A DNA stretch of 64,000 bases from Chrysomallon squamiferum (lineage: Eukaryota; Animalia; Mollusca): positions 23,126,001 to 23,190,000 of the forward strand of contig CM022665.1 in assembly GCA_012295275.1 (NCBI GenBank). The letters run 5' to 3'. Position 1 is the stretch's first letter. Every line of letters starts with the position of its first letter. The notes beneath the pieces were generated by a model that saw only the letters and a list, made by a program, of their open reading frames with translations, was not told the origin of the DNA and did no database searches. Positions 1-13,474 of the stretch are shown piece by piece. The translations under genes and the position numbers were made by a program.

Positions 1-234
1 AACACAACAAATTAATTAAATAGCAGTATCAAGGGAAATTAATAGCATAATGCATCTCTGGAAAAAAAAGAAAAAAAAAAGAAAATTAAGTGAATTTTAG
101 AAATAATTATAGCTAACATATAAAATAATTTTACAGGAAATAACATACGACCAACCCAAAAGTAACAAAACAAAACAAAAAACAACAACAAAAAAACAAA
201 CCCCTCAAAAACAACAACAACAACAATATAATAA

Positions 235-277
<43 letters not shown>

Positions 278-391
278 CAAAATAAAATAAAATTAAAAAT
301 CCTAACAAACACATTGCTACTTCTTCACAACTACCAGTGCTACTACTACTACATACACACATTGATATACATACATTCATACATTCATACA

Positions 392-425
<34 letters not shown>

Positions 426-1257
426 CATACAAAAAATACATGATTGTTTTAATTTCCTTCCATACATTTATCTCCTCAATTAAATGTAACACAACCATTA
501 CTACAATTACCATACAGTTTTCAAGTTTAATTATAGTTTCGTTTGAGTCATAACATTTTTTTTTTTTTCCCGTTTTTATTTTATTTTTTCTGTTTTAATA
601 TCGATATGAGAACTTTTTGACACAAAGAGAATTTTGAAATGTTTCCATCGATTTTATCTGTTGTTGGCCTTGATACTAAATGGAGACAGTTTAATATTTG
701 GTTACTCCAGTCTGAACGAAGACAACCTGCTGTTATGAAAATGTTTCGAAAAAAATCAAAGAAAAAAAAGAAAAAGAAAAAACAAACAAAGAGCCAAAAA
801 CGGAAGAAAAAAAAAATACAAAAACGAACGAAAATAAATAGAAAAAGTAAACTAATCGTATGATATTGCTACTTATTATTATTATTATTATTTTTTATTT
901 ATTTATTTATTTTTTTATTTTTTCACAGTTTAATATATTTTAGGTTTACTCGTTTTCTTTGTTGTTTTTTTGTTTTCGGTATTGAAATACAGATGTAAAA
1001 TAAAATAATACCACCCAAAAATGTATAGTTCCCCCCCAAAAAAAATAAAGGAATAAAGTAAATAAACAAACAAAAAATAATAAGAAGAAATAAAATAAAA
1101 TAAATAAATAAATAAATTTGAGATAACCCAATTATCACTATCAATATCATAATGATTAAAACAATATCCATCGTCAACATAATCTTAAAAATTACTACTA
1201 CTATTACTACATATACTACTACTACTATTACTATTATTATTATCATCATCATCATCG

Positions 1258-1304
<47 letters not shown>

Positions 1305-1811
1305 GTTATTGTTATTGTTATTATTATTATTATTATCATCATTATTATTATTAACGACAGATACAACTGAATTTTTTCGTTGTTATTCTTAAATAAATAT
1401 AAATAAAAAAGTAATAAAAACTAAAATATTGTTTTTAAAAATTAAAATAATATAACAACAATATAAAACAAACAAATAATATTTGTATTTTGTAATAAAA
1501 ATAAAAATATAATAAATTTTAAATTCAGTTAAACAATAAAGCCTAAACTAAATATGCAAAGCAAATAAAAATAATCTGAAAACAAGTAAGAAGAAACTGT
1601 TTGGGAAGTACAGAAGAAATATAAAAAATAAATCTACATATAATTAGTTATGAAAAACAATGAACGAACCAATGAACTGCTATTTGTTTTCAAATTTAGT
1701 GATGAATTTGTTCATATATTTAGCATTTCATAAACTACTTTAAATGAAGCAAAACCAAACTGATAAATTATAAATATATATATATATATATATTTCTTCT
1801 GCATCTGTGTG

Positions 1812-1878
<67 letters not shown>

Positions 1879-2274
1879 TAATTTTTTAATAACTTTTTAA
1901 TACTTTTTTTTATATAAATATTTTCTTTTTTGTGTGTTGTTTATGTAATAATTAATTTATTTATTTGTTCATTTTATCATATACTGATAGACGTGGCTGT
2001 TGTTTCGTATAATTTCTTTGTTTTGTATCTTTTCGTTTTTATCATTATTTAAATTTTCAAAGATTAATAATGTTATTTTTAAAACTTTCATATTGAGAAT
2101 TATCACACCATAATTATATACTTATTTACTCTTAAAAAAAATGTTAAAACTTATGTGTATCCATACGTTTATTTTTTAATTCTTTTTAAAATATTATATT
2201 CGTAACCTACATTAAAACTGTAAAGAAATAAAAGAAACAAACATTAAAAATATAAAATAAAATAAAATAAATAA

Positions 2275-2305
<31 letters not shown>

Positions 2306-2474
2306 ACAAATAAAATAAAATAAAATAAAATAAGATAGATAGATAGATAGATAGATAGATATATAGATATATAGATATATAGATGGATAGACAGGTAGAT
2401 AGATTGATTATCGAATGTATCAAAGTATGAATAAATAAAATAAAATATTATAAATTAAAAACAATTCTTATGCA

Positions 2475-2505
<31 letters not shown>

Positions 2506-2627
2506 GATTGTTATAATTATTATTTTACTTTAAAAGTACCTATTTTAAATCTGAATAAAAGAAGAAGTAAAAATACAACAACAAGATCATCAGTAACAAC
2601 AACAACAACAATAATAATAGTAGTAGA

Positions 2628-2682
<55 letters not shown>

Positions 2683-3257
2683 TTAATATCAATAATAACT
2701 GATATTTAACTGATACACTAACAAGATTCTTACTGTGAATATTTAAAAAGACTAAACGTATCCTCAAGATGGATGTATCAAATTGACTAAATACTGCTAT
2801 GAATGACTACCTGATTTTTCAGAAACTTTATATACTGACTATATTCTGATACTCTGCTGTTTCCATTGAATAACAACAACAACAAAAAAAAAAAAATATA
2901 TATATATAAATAAAAAAAATAAAAAAAATAGCAGATTATATTTCAGTTCAGTTAGACTTTGTTGAAATGTTGGTTTAACATTCGTGTTCAAGTTATTTAT
3001 AATTCATGGCCTTGTTCCGTCTGCTTGCTACTCAACAAAAGAAACTGCATAAAGAAAAGCTAATCTTCAGAATGAAACATTTGTTTCATATGCGCTTCGG
3101 TGTGGTCGCATTTCAACGCCTGTATACCGATATGAACTCAAAAATCAATTAATTTCTATTAAAGTTTTTGTTGCACTTGCATAATATAAAATACATAATT
3201 AATTATTTTGTAGCAAAATATTATACTTCTTTTATATGTACGTATGTATGTGTATGT

Positions 3258-3314
<57 letters not shown>

Positions 3315-3400
3315 ATATATGCGTATGTGTATGTATGTATATCTATAGGTATATATATATATAAATATATGAATATGTCTGTACATACCCATACACTATA

Positions 3401-3442
<42 letters not shown>

Positions 3443-3615
3443 CATACATACATACATACATAGTTGGATACATACAAACATACACATACATTCATGCACT
3501 AATACAAATACTTATGTAGAAACAGACCCAGATATTTACTTAATTATAATTATGTTCTAATATAAATTATGTAGGAGTGTGTGGGCATGTACAATTTATG
3601 AAAGCAGCGAGAAAA

Positions 3616-3652
<37 letters not shown>

Positions 3653-4667
3653 ATACCTGTTTCACTCATCTGTTCGTAGGAAAAATAAAACCTGTTTATA
3701 GATTTTTATAAATTTTAGACGACTCTATGGATTTTTGTAATCAAGGTATGAGTTGAGCATTGATTGAGGAAAAAAGAAAAGAAAAAAAATTTAAGAATGC
3801 GATTACTTCATTTATACTATAGTGTGCACTTTTGTGTTAAGCTAATACAAACATTTTCTGATGTTTTCGTTTACACAATTGATTAAGTTTAAAAAGAGAT
3901 ACATCGCCGTAGAACAACAGATGGAAATATATCCACACGAACGTGATGTTTGCATTGACAAGCTCGGCGAAAGATACCCTCATCATTGCCAGCGATTGCT
4001 TTTAATCGACCGACCAAGCCGTTAGACAAGCGCTTTGTTATGACTGGTTTTCGCGGCTCGTAATTCGCCATGTCTTCAGTTATGACGCATCGGCCAGAAA
4101 GAACAAACATCATTGTGTCACTGCTATTAGAGTTCTTGCCCTTGTCCGCCATTTTCTCGTCTTTGCAACAATTGAATTTAACAACAATACTAAATTAATG
4201 GATTCCCCGTACCGAGTCAAGGGGAGTCGGGCTTTTGAATGTAGTTCTCTTTTAAATATTGAAGTGAATTTAAGGACCACGTCAAAAGGTTAATCGTTTT
4301 TGTTTCAAAAGTAAACTGTTTCCCTGAAAGGTTTACGATGATTTGATAAAATAAAAAATGAATCATTAGAACGGTGTTTTGAAGTTAACTCCTGTATTTT
4401 TTCTTTCCTTTTCTTTTTTCTTCTTTTTTTTTTTTTTTCGTTATTTTTTAAAAATATAATGAAAAATGTTTTAAAATTTACTTAGTCAATTTGTATTTTA
4501 ATATTATTTATTCATGTATGATAAACGTATTAGTCCATTTAAAGTTTGTATAATTTTTTTATATAAAATGTAAATTAATTTTTTTTTTATTTTCGTATAA
4601 CTATATAGATTTTTAAATTTTAATTTTATAATTTTTATTTATTTATTTATTTATTTATTTTTTGTAG
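1..4667 (+). other. 3' part of the intron preceding the terminal exon (upstream exon lies left of the window)
   Basis: No credible upstream coding exon was found in 1-4667. The stretch is mostly microsatellite and ends in the acceptor at 4666-4667. Confidence 0.55.
3890..4340. promoter_or_regulatory. Intronic high-complexity island, candidate enhancer or silencer
   Basis: CpG-containing, microsatellite-free block with no recognisable ORF. YY1/Pho consensus CCGCCATTTT at 4146-4155 and Sox-type TCATTGTGTC at 4110-4119. Confidence 0.4.
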
Positions 4668-4884
4668 ACTGCAGCAACGACAACACGAACGACTACATAA
4701 AGCTTCGACGTCAGACATGAATACTTCTCACGGAGACATGCAGTCATCATCTTCAGCTGGAACAAGTATGCAACATTTAGACGACACCGACGACGATGAT
4801 GATGACATGTTCGACTCGCGTAGTGACACAAGCACGCCCTCAACCAGCGTAGAAAACCACGATACTGAACCCCATACTTCGTGA
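4668..4884 (+). CDS. six3/6: Terminal coding exon, probably exon 2 (C-terminal tail) of the SIX-class homeobox gene Six3/6 (Optix)
   Basis: Seen: T-rich tract then TTTGTAG|A (AG at 4666-4667). One base completes the upstream codon, then 71 open codons LQQRQHERLHKASTSDMNTSHGDMQSSSSAGTSMQHLDDTDDDDDDMFDSRSDTSTPSTSVENHDTEPHTS end in TGA (4882-4884) followed by TAA. GC and CpG content jump at the acceptor. Known: Six3/Six6 have a phase-2 intron in the Arg of RRQRDRAAAAKN-R-LQ(H/Q)Q just after the homeodomain. Inference: gene identity. Being a coding exon is more certain (~0.8) than the name (~0.55). Confidence 0.6.
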
Positions 4885-5225
4885 TAAAATTGTTGATCTC
4901 GTTAAAGAAATCTTTTCTAATTGTGTGACGTCATTTTGTAATCGTTCGCGGCATGTTGTGTTTATTATTATTTTAGTTTTTTTTCACAACCACGATGAGC
5001 TAAACGAAAAAATAAATATAAATCATACAAAAGAAAAGGTGCAAATAAATTGTAGTTCTGCAACAGAACAAAATGTAAAATATTGCTTCCTTGATGGAAG
5101 CACTGATAATGTAGAATATAGTAAGCCCACAGAAAGGCTTATTATATGCTTTTGTCTTGTGGCAATAAAACTCTGACTTTACAGAACTCACTTTTACATC
5201 GTCTGCTTTGATTTTTGTTCGTTGT
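4885..5225 (+). terminator. Putative 3' UTR and polyadenylation region
   Basis: Follows the stop codon. AATAAA at 5011-5016, 5044-5049 and 5164-5169; the last is followed by a GT/T-rich tract (~5201-5225). AATAAA is common in this AT-rich DNA, so the true end is uncertain. Confidence 0.35.
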
Positions 5226-5789
5226 ATCCGTCAGTTTTGAGATTTGCATGTTTCTGTGGTAATTATTTTGTGGACATCAGTTACTAATTCTTGAAATTGG
5301 CTGATATAGATTGCTACGTGTCCTCACAGGTAGTATACATAGACAGAATGACACACTGAAACACATGTATATGTCTTTTTTGTTTAAAGCGGTTAGATCA
5401 AAATCTATAACTGTTCAAATGACTAAGTAATAGAACCTGGTGAAACCAGAGTGGACTAATTTATGTAGTAGTATCAGCTAAACTGGTACCTGAAAATGTG
5501 TTGCGCTGTGCTAATATAACATTATCGCCGAGTTTGAAGAAATGGACGAAAACCAGTCCAGTTCGTGCGGTGCACCAAACTGCACCAAGATAAACTCAGA
5601 ATAAAAAAACACTTTTGTTCTCATGGTACTGAATGTTCAGACATCGGCGAGATTTTATCTTTGTTATTAAAATATTGCTCTATTTAATTTATCAAGTGTT
5701 TGACTTTTCTTTTGAATGCAGTTGATTGTATAAATAATTCAGTTCTTTAATTTGCTTTTTTTGAAACGGATTGAAATTAATGTATGTTA

Positions 5790-6050
5790 ATGGTAACCAC
5801 AACACCACATCACATTTTAATATTAATGTTGTCGGGTATATTTTTACATTTTCTTATACAATTTTTATATGTAAGAAAAAACTCGCTGCCCGCCGAACTA
5901 TTCGCTACGGTTATCGATCAGAAGCAACGAACCTTTTTATATAAACCTTCCAGTGGCCTATAGCAAACCAATCGTGGGACACTGAGTCTGATGAAGTCGA
6001 TTAGGCGCAGTGAGTATGGCTGATCGTGCGACTTCTCATGTCTAAAGTGG
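5790..6050 (-). mobile_element. Degenerate tRNA-derived SINE-like relic
   Basis: Collinear blocks AAACTCGCTGCCCGCC…GCTAC…CGATCAGAAGCAA…CTTTTTATAT…GGCCT…ACCAATCGTGGGACACTG match, from memory, the reverse strand of an abundant gastropod SINE (AAACCCGCTGCCGCC…GCTAC…CGATTAGCAGCAAG…CTTTTATAT…GGCCT…ACCAGTCGTGGAGCACTG). Not checked against a repeat library. Confidence 0.5.
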
Positions 6051-7265
6051 TTGTCATTTTACTCATTTCATTTTGCTTGTTTCAGTTTGCATAATGACAA
6101 GTTTTGCGAAATCGGGTGTAAATTGCATATATAGGCACCAAAGTAAGCTCAGAAAGAGAAACATATACACTGTACGGATATTCGTGCCTGCACACACATC
6201 TACATGCAACTTGGGGCACATACTTAAAAGCATTCATGGGCAGAGTACGCACATATGTGTTAAACAAAATAAATACTAATAAAATAAAATAAAATAAAAT
6301 AAAATAAAATAAAATAAAATAAAATAAAATAAAATAAAATAAAATAAATAAATTTAAATAAATAAAATATTTAAAAAAAAAAAAAAAAAAATTAAAAAGT
6401 AGAAAATAAGAATAACAATAATAAGGGCCTCTATCAACATTATTATTATAAATTCTTAACTTTTTTTAATTTTTCATTTTTTAATCACCTGTCAAATGGT
6501 CACGTCGGGTAAATAATTCTTGTGTATAGAACTGTTTTATATCAATCTCTCCCTGATGGTTTAATTTGTTTTGTTACGTAAATATCGATATTTTCCTCCG
6601 TTACTTAAAAACTGTTCATAATTTTCACCCACCTCGGTTGCAGACTGAAATTGAAATAACTTGTAAATTCCTAACAAATAATTCTGCATATTATGTATTC
6701 TTCAAACTGCGTTCAGAACGGAATAACAAGTGAACACCCTTCTGTTGTCAATTAAAATTTCAAAGAAGACTATTTCGAAATCTTGTACTGCTACAGGGGG
6801 CTTTAACATGAAGCCTTATTCGACAAATTAGTCTGAAAAACGAATACTTGGTATAAAGTAACGCGATCAGTAATCGCATCCAGGATCAGCCGATGGCTTG
6901 AAGAATTCTTCATGTGTGGCCAAAGAAGTGAGAAAAAAACAATGTTAGCTTCTTGATCACTGGAATCTCTCCAAGTCTGCCGAATAATGAATTAAATTTC
7001 TAATACAAGTATTTCTAAACTGTTGTCATTCGCATAGCAATAGAATTAAAATCTATGAAATTTGGTATTCCAGGCATATAGTATTTTTTTGTTTTTTTTA
7101 ATTTTATATTTTTTTTAAACCTAGTAATAGTGGTATTACGTACAAATCTGAATTTAAGCGAAGTAATAATTATTAATACAGTAAATGTAAAACTCTAGAA
7201 GTTTTCGACACGTATGTTTCTTATTATTGTTATCATTATTATCATCGTCATCATCACCATCATCA

Positions 7266-7302
<37 letters not shown>

Positions 7303-8380
7303 ATTTAAATTATATATTTAATTAAAATAAATACTTATTGATCAATAAATAAGTATAATTAAAAATATTTTGTAATTACGTTTCCTACACAAATCTAAAA
7401 ATTTCAGCTTCTTTTATCTCGTTTTCCATTACAATCAGCAATTTAATTTATTCATAAAATAAATTTATAAAGGAGATACCAAAGCAATATAATTCTACAC
7501 AACTGCATATTTTAGTATATCATAAACACTATTTTAAGGCGTGCAATCGAACGTGTTTATCATCAGAGATGCGCAAAGTTATGGAAAACACAAATAAAAT
7601 AACAACATAAAACAGCTCATACTTAAATCGTACTACAGCTACATTTTAGGGAGTTTTTATTTTAAAATATTTTAACATCAACCATCTGTTGTCCGTGTCA
7701 TCAAATAAGCATTCTTTAAAAAAAAAAAAAAAAAGAGCTTCTTCTACAAATTAAAAAAGAACATGTTTCATTCTGCTGTTGAAGAAAATAGTGAATGGTT
7801 CATAGCAAACCTTATTGTACCTTATCATAATTATTATACATTGCCAAACCACCCAACATAATATCACACCATACCGAAACATACACTATTATACCATACC
7901 ACTTAGCACAAGGGTTTCAAACAACTTAATCAAAACCACATGTATAAACGATATCTGTATTAGTGGTATGGCTTTAGTAGCAGTTTTTAATTACATTATT
8001 CTAATATTTCTTGAAAACAAGCCACTAGGAGGTCCACAAAGAGAGCCTTCTGTTGAAATAAGTATCAAGAAACGAGTAAGCAGATCACGCTGGCTAATCC
8101 CACATAGAAAGATTAACAAATTGCCATGTTCTGCTACACGTGTGCATTGCCACAGTTAAGAACGCATAAACAAACAGCTTGGAGAAAACGCATCGAATTG
8201 CACGACATATTTTCGTGTATTTTCACGTGTGTTCCTTGAAATCAGATCCTTCCATATGTTCTTCTTGCAAATACGAAGAATGTCTGAGCCCAGCTAAGTT
8301 AGAATTCCCCCCATTGGTAACGTCTTGTGATATGAGTCTTGTGCGTTTATCGTACGCCAAAAACAAAAAATAAATAAAAT

Positions 8381-8412
<32 letters not shown>

Positions 8413-9089
8413 TCAAATAAAACAAATTAATAATAACAAACAAACAAACAAACAAACAAACAAACAAACAAACAAACAAATAAATAAATAAACAAATAAA
8501 TATATAAGTAAATAATTAAATAAATAAATATTTGCTCTCAGTCTATGTAGATAATAGTAATGAACATAGTGACAAAAACGATTATTAATATTGTTGTTGT
8601 TGTTGTTATCATTATCTTTATAATTATTATTATTTAAAATTGCAGCTAGATTTCAAAAATAATTTCAGTAAAATGTGTCTAATTAGCAAAAACTAACATA
8701 TTTATTTGGTAACATTCCTAATCAGGATGTAAAAATTAATAGAAGATAAACAATTTATCTGTCATTTGCTACAATTCGAGAAATACTTTTGATAGTCTGG
8801 TGGTAAACAAATAATCAAACGAAGAAGAAGAGCAACAACAACAGCAATAAAGTAGGATTTAAAATAAAACAGCAACAAGAAAAACAACAACGAAATAAGT
8901 CATTAAACAGGAAGTCCCTAATAATTAAAATCCCGTATGAATCTTTGTGTAATAATTTTGCAAACACATTTTAAATTTAGCAGAGACTGCTACTATGAAA
9001 ATTAAAGACGTAGGTATGTTAATGTCGGATACAAAATGCTATGTGATTTTGTCTAACAATAAATACCTAATGTTATTTAACTTCTGACT

Positions 9090-10230
9090 TGCAGCCGCCG
9101 TTAATTAACCACTCAAGAAAATTGCTTTTGCAAAACCGCTTATGACTTACTTAGCCAGTGTTCTTCAGAACCGGCTATATATCTACTTAAACTATATAAA
9201 TTGCTTTTATTAATATTTGCCTTGACCTCTGCAACAAATTTCTGAAAGCACCATGTTCCCATAATCGACACAAAAAGATATAAACATCTTGAACTGCTCA
9301 TTATCGACCGAGCCGTATCTACCTCACATCTCAGACCCACAGAGAGCCGACGAGAGAAAACTATCTTGTCAGGTGTCAAAGTGTTTCAAAGGCTACAAAT
9401 TTAATCCAGTCACATCCTTTTGATTTGTCAATAAACAGTAATTCATCGCTTGGGTCTTTTGGCTGAACTAGTCGCAGGCTTAGAGCTAAGTCTTTATTAA
9501 GATTCAATTGGCGAGTTCGAGTGTTTGTTCTTATAGAAACCCCTGCGTGTCTTCTTTCGTCTGTCGTCGACAATATTATCACCAGTCCAACGACCGCGTT
9601 CGCGACTAGCCTGGGTGCCATCAAAAGGGTGTGAAGTACACCATAATGTAGAAAATTAATTAAGTACCCATAGTTTGACCAAGCAGAAAATCGCACACTG
9701 GGTTTTCCAACAATGACCATTTATCGTGGACACCGATTTGGTCAAGCTCGTGCCGCGAGCCAACAAGGGATCCGTGGTCCCTCGTGGTCAGGGGTGACTC
9801 TTACACTCACATTAACAAGGAGGGACAAAACAGTGATCATCTTTTGTCTAGTAATGCCTACCTTTGGTCAGTAATTGATGAAAATTAGTTGCTCGAAAAC
9901 CAGCTCTTCCTGAAGCCATTATGACATGGTTGCTGCTCTGACAAATTGGTAACATTTTCGAGCGCATCCATTGATACGTCGGACAAAATACTGATATTCT
10001 TTTCAGCTTTAATTATAAGTTGTCCATTATAATGGACAAGAGTTTCTCTATGAAATCAACACTACCTGGTACTGCGCCTTTGGCAATTGTAGCTGAGATC
10101 AGTCATTAGCCGGACTGGACTCGAAATAGCCGCGTGGGCATCGCCCGCAACCTGCCCATCGTTATAAAGATATATTTTCAGTGTACAACACCGTTACACA
10201 CCTGTCACATCTTTGGAATTACAGGTGCTG
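9090..10230. promoter_or_regulatory. Large high-complexity island, candidate cis-regulatory module
   Basis: About 1.1 kb without microsatellites, with many CpGs. TTAATTAA abuts NK2-type CCACTCAA (9101-9116). TGTCAGGTGTCA at 9367-9378, TCF-type TTCAAAG at 9385-9391, perfect 20-bp palindrome at 10020-10039. Confidence 0.45.
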
Positions 10231-10779
10231 AGATTCTGTCTTTGTATTAAAATTAATAGATTCAGAAGCTCAATATTAATTTAGATGTTAATATACCATA
10301 AGTTAAATTGTTCCAGTATCTGAAAAATAATCACATAGTTACAATGTATAATTATAAACTCAGAGAATCCCAGTACACTCATAAAGGCATGTCTCACACA
10401 TATAAATATATGTAAGAATGTATGCATCCACAGTGTATCAACACACTATACAAAACAAAATTAAATGCCATGATACCAGGAGTACCACATAGTTGCAGTT
10501 ATTTTTAAAAATAATACCAAAACAGGTAGACAGAAAGACGGACAGACAGATAGACATTCAGAGAAACAAACAAATAGGAAAAACAAAATATATTGATGAA
10601 ACAGGTTCCATCAAGACACAAACCCTGCCAATTAAGATTTCATGAAAAAAAGCTTCTGAACCATGTTTGTCTTGCTAAAAAAACAGTAGGAACCCCCTGG
10701 CCAGAAATTCATTGTTAAAACGAAAAATAAGTGTTAGGAATGTGGACTAAGTTAACATGCTAATTTATCTGTGTTCAGC

Positions 10780-11270
10780 TACCGAGCCATGGGTCTTGTT
10801 GTCAAATCTCTGACCGCTTCAATTCAGACGTCATTGTGTCCGTTACCGCTGACCGCGCTCGTGCAGCCACGTCAGGGGGACCTCCTCCAGTCAAAGACGC
10901 CCCCTACCCCCGGAAGTGTCAACTAAGACAAACTGTTTTGATAGGGGAGATATATCCTGTTAGGATGGAGGTGACATTTCCAACACTGGGAAACACTGAC
11001 CAACAATGATGGTGAAACAGTGAAATCATTAGCATGGCGGGGTAATACGATAATTGGGCACTGTCGTACAATGACAGGGGAAGGTTTTTCTCAGGCTGCC
11101 AAAATGAGGCGGTCTATTACAATGTTAGTAATTGAGAATGACTTCATATTATCATACCGCAGTGGAATATCAAAGTTGTTAGTTACATGTCTATAATTAC
11201 TCGTATTAGCATGCTGGCGACATACCAGCGAAAACATTGACTGCGGTAAAGGCTAATTTGAGGTTCCTAT
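10780..11270. promoter_or_regulatory. High-complexity island with clustered Sox sites and an ETS site
   Basis: CATTGT 10832-10837, AACAATG 11002-11008, TACAATG 11067-11073 and 11118-11124, CCGGAAGTG 10910-10918, ATCAAAG 11169-11175. Confidence 0.45.
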
Positions 11271-12174
11271 GACAACTGTTTCTAATAAAACCTACTGTGT
11301 AATAATAATAATAATAATAATAATGATGATAATAATAATGATAACCAGCGAAATCGAAAACGACAATTTTAATGACGATCTATAACAGCAATAATAAGAG
11401 TATAGAAAAATAACACCAAACAGAAAAGAAGAAAAACAAAAAACCTCAGAAAGCTTCTTCGTTTACAGTGATTACGAGGCAGCTATGACATTGCGACAAA
11501 GATCAGCAATAACAATATGTAAAGATAGAGTAATCACCTTTGTTTACTTGGCAATGTGGATGTTTTACAAATAAAACACGCTGGATAAATGTTTCGTATT
11601 TGCTTGCTATAAGCACCATACAACGGGCTGCTTACGTCAAGCATTAATATTTCTGATCGTCTAATATCAAGTGAAAGGATGAGAAGTGCATGCAAACATT
11701 TTGTAATCAGAGAGCTTCGTACATTTTTTTCACTATTGTTGACATTTGAATCTGTAAAAACGAATATAACAGATGCTAAAAGAATATTTAAGAAATAAAG
11801 AATTGTAATCGAGAGCCGATATTATTCGGATAATTTATACCGCAAAGACTTTCAACACTGGTAACTTGCTGGCATTGAAAACATGAAAAAAAAAATATAT
11901 GTATAGATAGATAGCCAGCCAGCCAGTCAGACAGACAGATAGATATAGAGATATATATAGATAGATAAATGGATAGAAAGCTAGACAGAAGGGAGGACGG
12001 ATTCGCGAATGGACAGATGGATGGATGGATGAAAGGATGGATGGACGGACAGAAAGACGGATGGACTGATAGACAGTACATTGATAGATAGATAAATAGA
12101 TAGACAGAGAGACAGATAAAATATAGAATCATTACTTTACTTTGTTTTAATACTTTGCTAATTATTTGATTTTA

Positions 12175-12205
<31 letters not shown>

Positions 12206-13339
12206 GTTGTTGTTGTTGTTTGTTATATGGATGTAGGACTGTGTTTTTTTTCTTAAATATATGGTTGGTTTGAAGCATCTATATTCAAGACATCTGAAAT
12301 TATTTGTATTATCAATATTTTTCCTTTTTGTCATCTTTTTTTTTTTTTTTTTCTTATTGTTGTTGTTGTTCTTCTTCTTATTATTATTACTCATTTTCTT
12401 ATTTTTATTATTATTATCGTTAACATTATATTTACACTTTTACGATATTTAGTCATTTAATTAAGAAATCAATGAAAATTGTTTCGTTTCAATCAAAACA
12501 TTTATTTAGCTATTACTATATTAAATAAATATATAAACATATATATATACATATACATACATGCATACATAATATTATTAAAAACATAAAAATAAAAAGG
12601 TAACAAAAGTAATTATGAAAACAAATCATACAGAATTTGTTCCTTGGTTTACAAAAGAAAATCATATAGATGCACCATAACAATAATAATAATAGAGAAA
12701 TAGAAATAAAATAACGTAGTTGTTTCTAAATGTTCCACTAAATGTTCCTGCAATGTAATAAAGATATCATCTTCTTATTTTTTTATTTTTTTTTTTTTGG
12801 AAGAAAAATACTTTCTTAGTAGCTGAATGGAAACTCTTCAAAAACTTAGTTGATGTTATAATTAATCCTCTTCCTTGCAGTAAAAACCAATTGTATTCTC
12901 TTGCCAATATCTGATACAAAATCTTTCCCTTTAGCCGATTCGATGTCACCAAGACGCCCTTATTTATTTTGGTAATAGATTTCCGCCATCATTTTTATTC
13001 TCGAAATTTCGCTTTTCTCTCCGTCTTTTATTTCAAACTTAAATTTTTTTTTCAAGTCAGATTTCTCAGTATGTTTATCTAAACCATATTTAGCTGTGCA
13101 GATCGTCTTTTCATTTGAATATTGACCCAGAAATGTAATATTTATTTTCTATTTACTAAGACTGATATTGTTTTCCATTATTTTATTAAAATGATTTATT
13201 AGTTTGCTGTTGTTTTTTGTTTGTTTAAAATGTAGAATAGTAAATAATGGATATAAACCAGTGAACAGTTTGGAATGTATTTATTTATTTATTCTTATTC
13301 TTATTCTTACAGTTGTTATTATTATATTATATTAGATGA

Positions 13340-13429
<90 letters not shown>

Positions 13430-13474
13430 TAAAAAATAATTTGTTTTAGTCTCACATTATTATTGTCTTAGAGA

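Noticed and set aside
3889-4152. Minus-strand 87-aa ORF with a good-looking start context (AAAATGGCGG)
   Set aside because: No recognisable similarity, lies antisense within an intron, and the same bases are explained by a YY1-type motif.
4655-4843. Minus-strand 62-aa ORF (MRACLCHY…)
   Set aside because: It is the antisense shadow of the + strand exon, which has the splice acceptor, tandem stops and protein-like composition.
9140-9720. Two abutting minus-strand ORFs (79 and 114 aa)
   Set aside because: No recognisable domain or convincing splice sites; lengths are expected for a GC-richer non-coding island.
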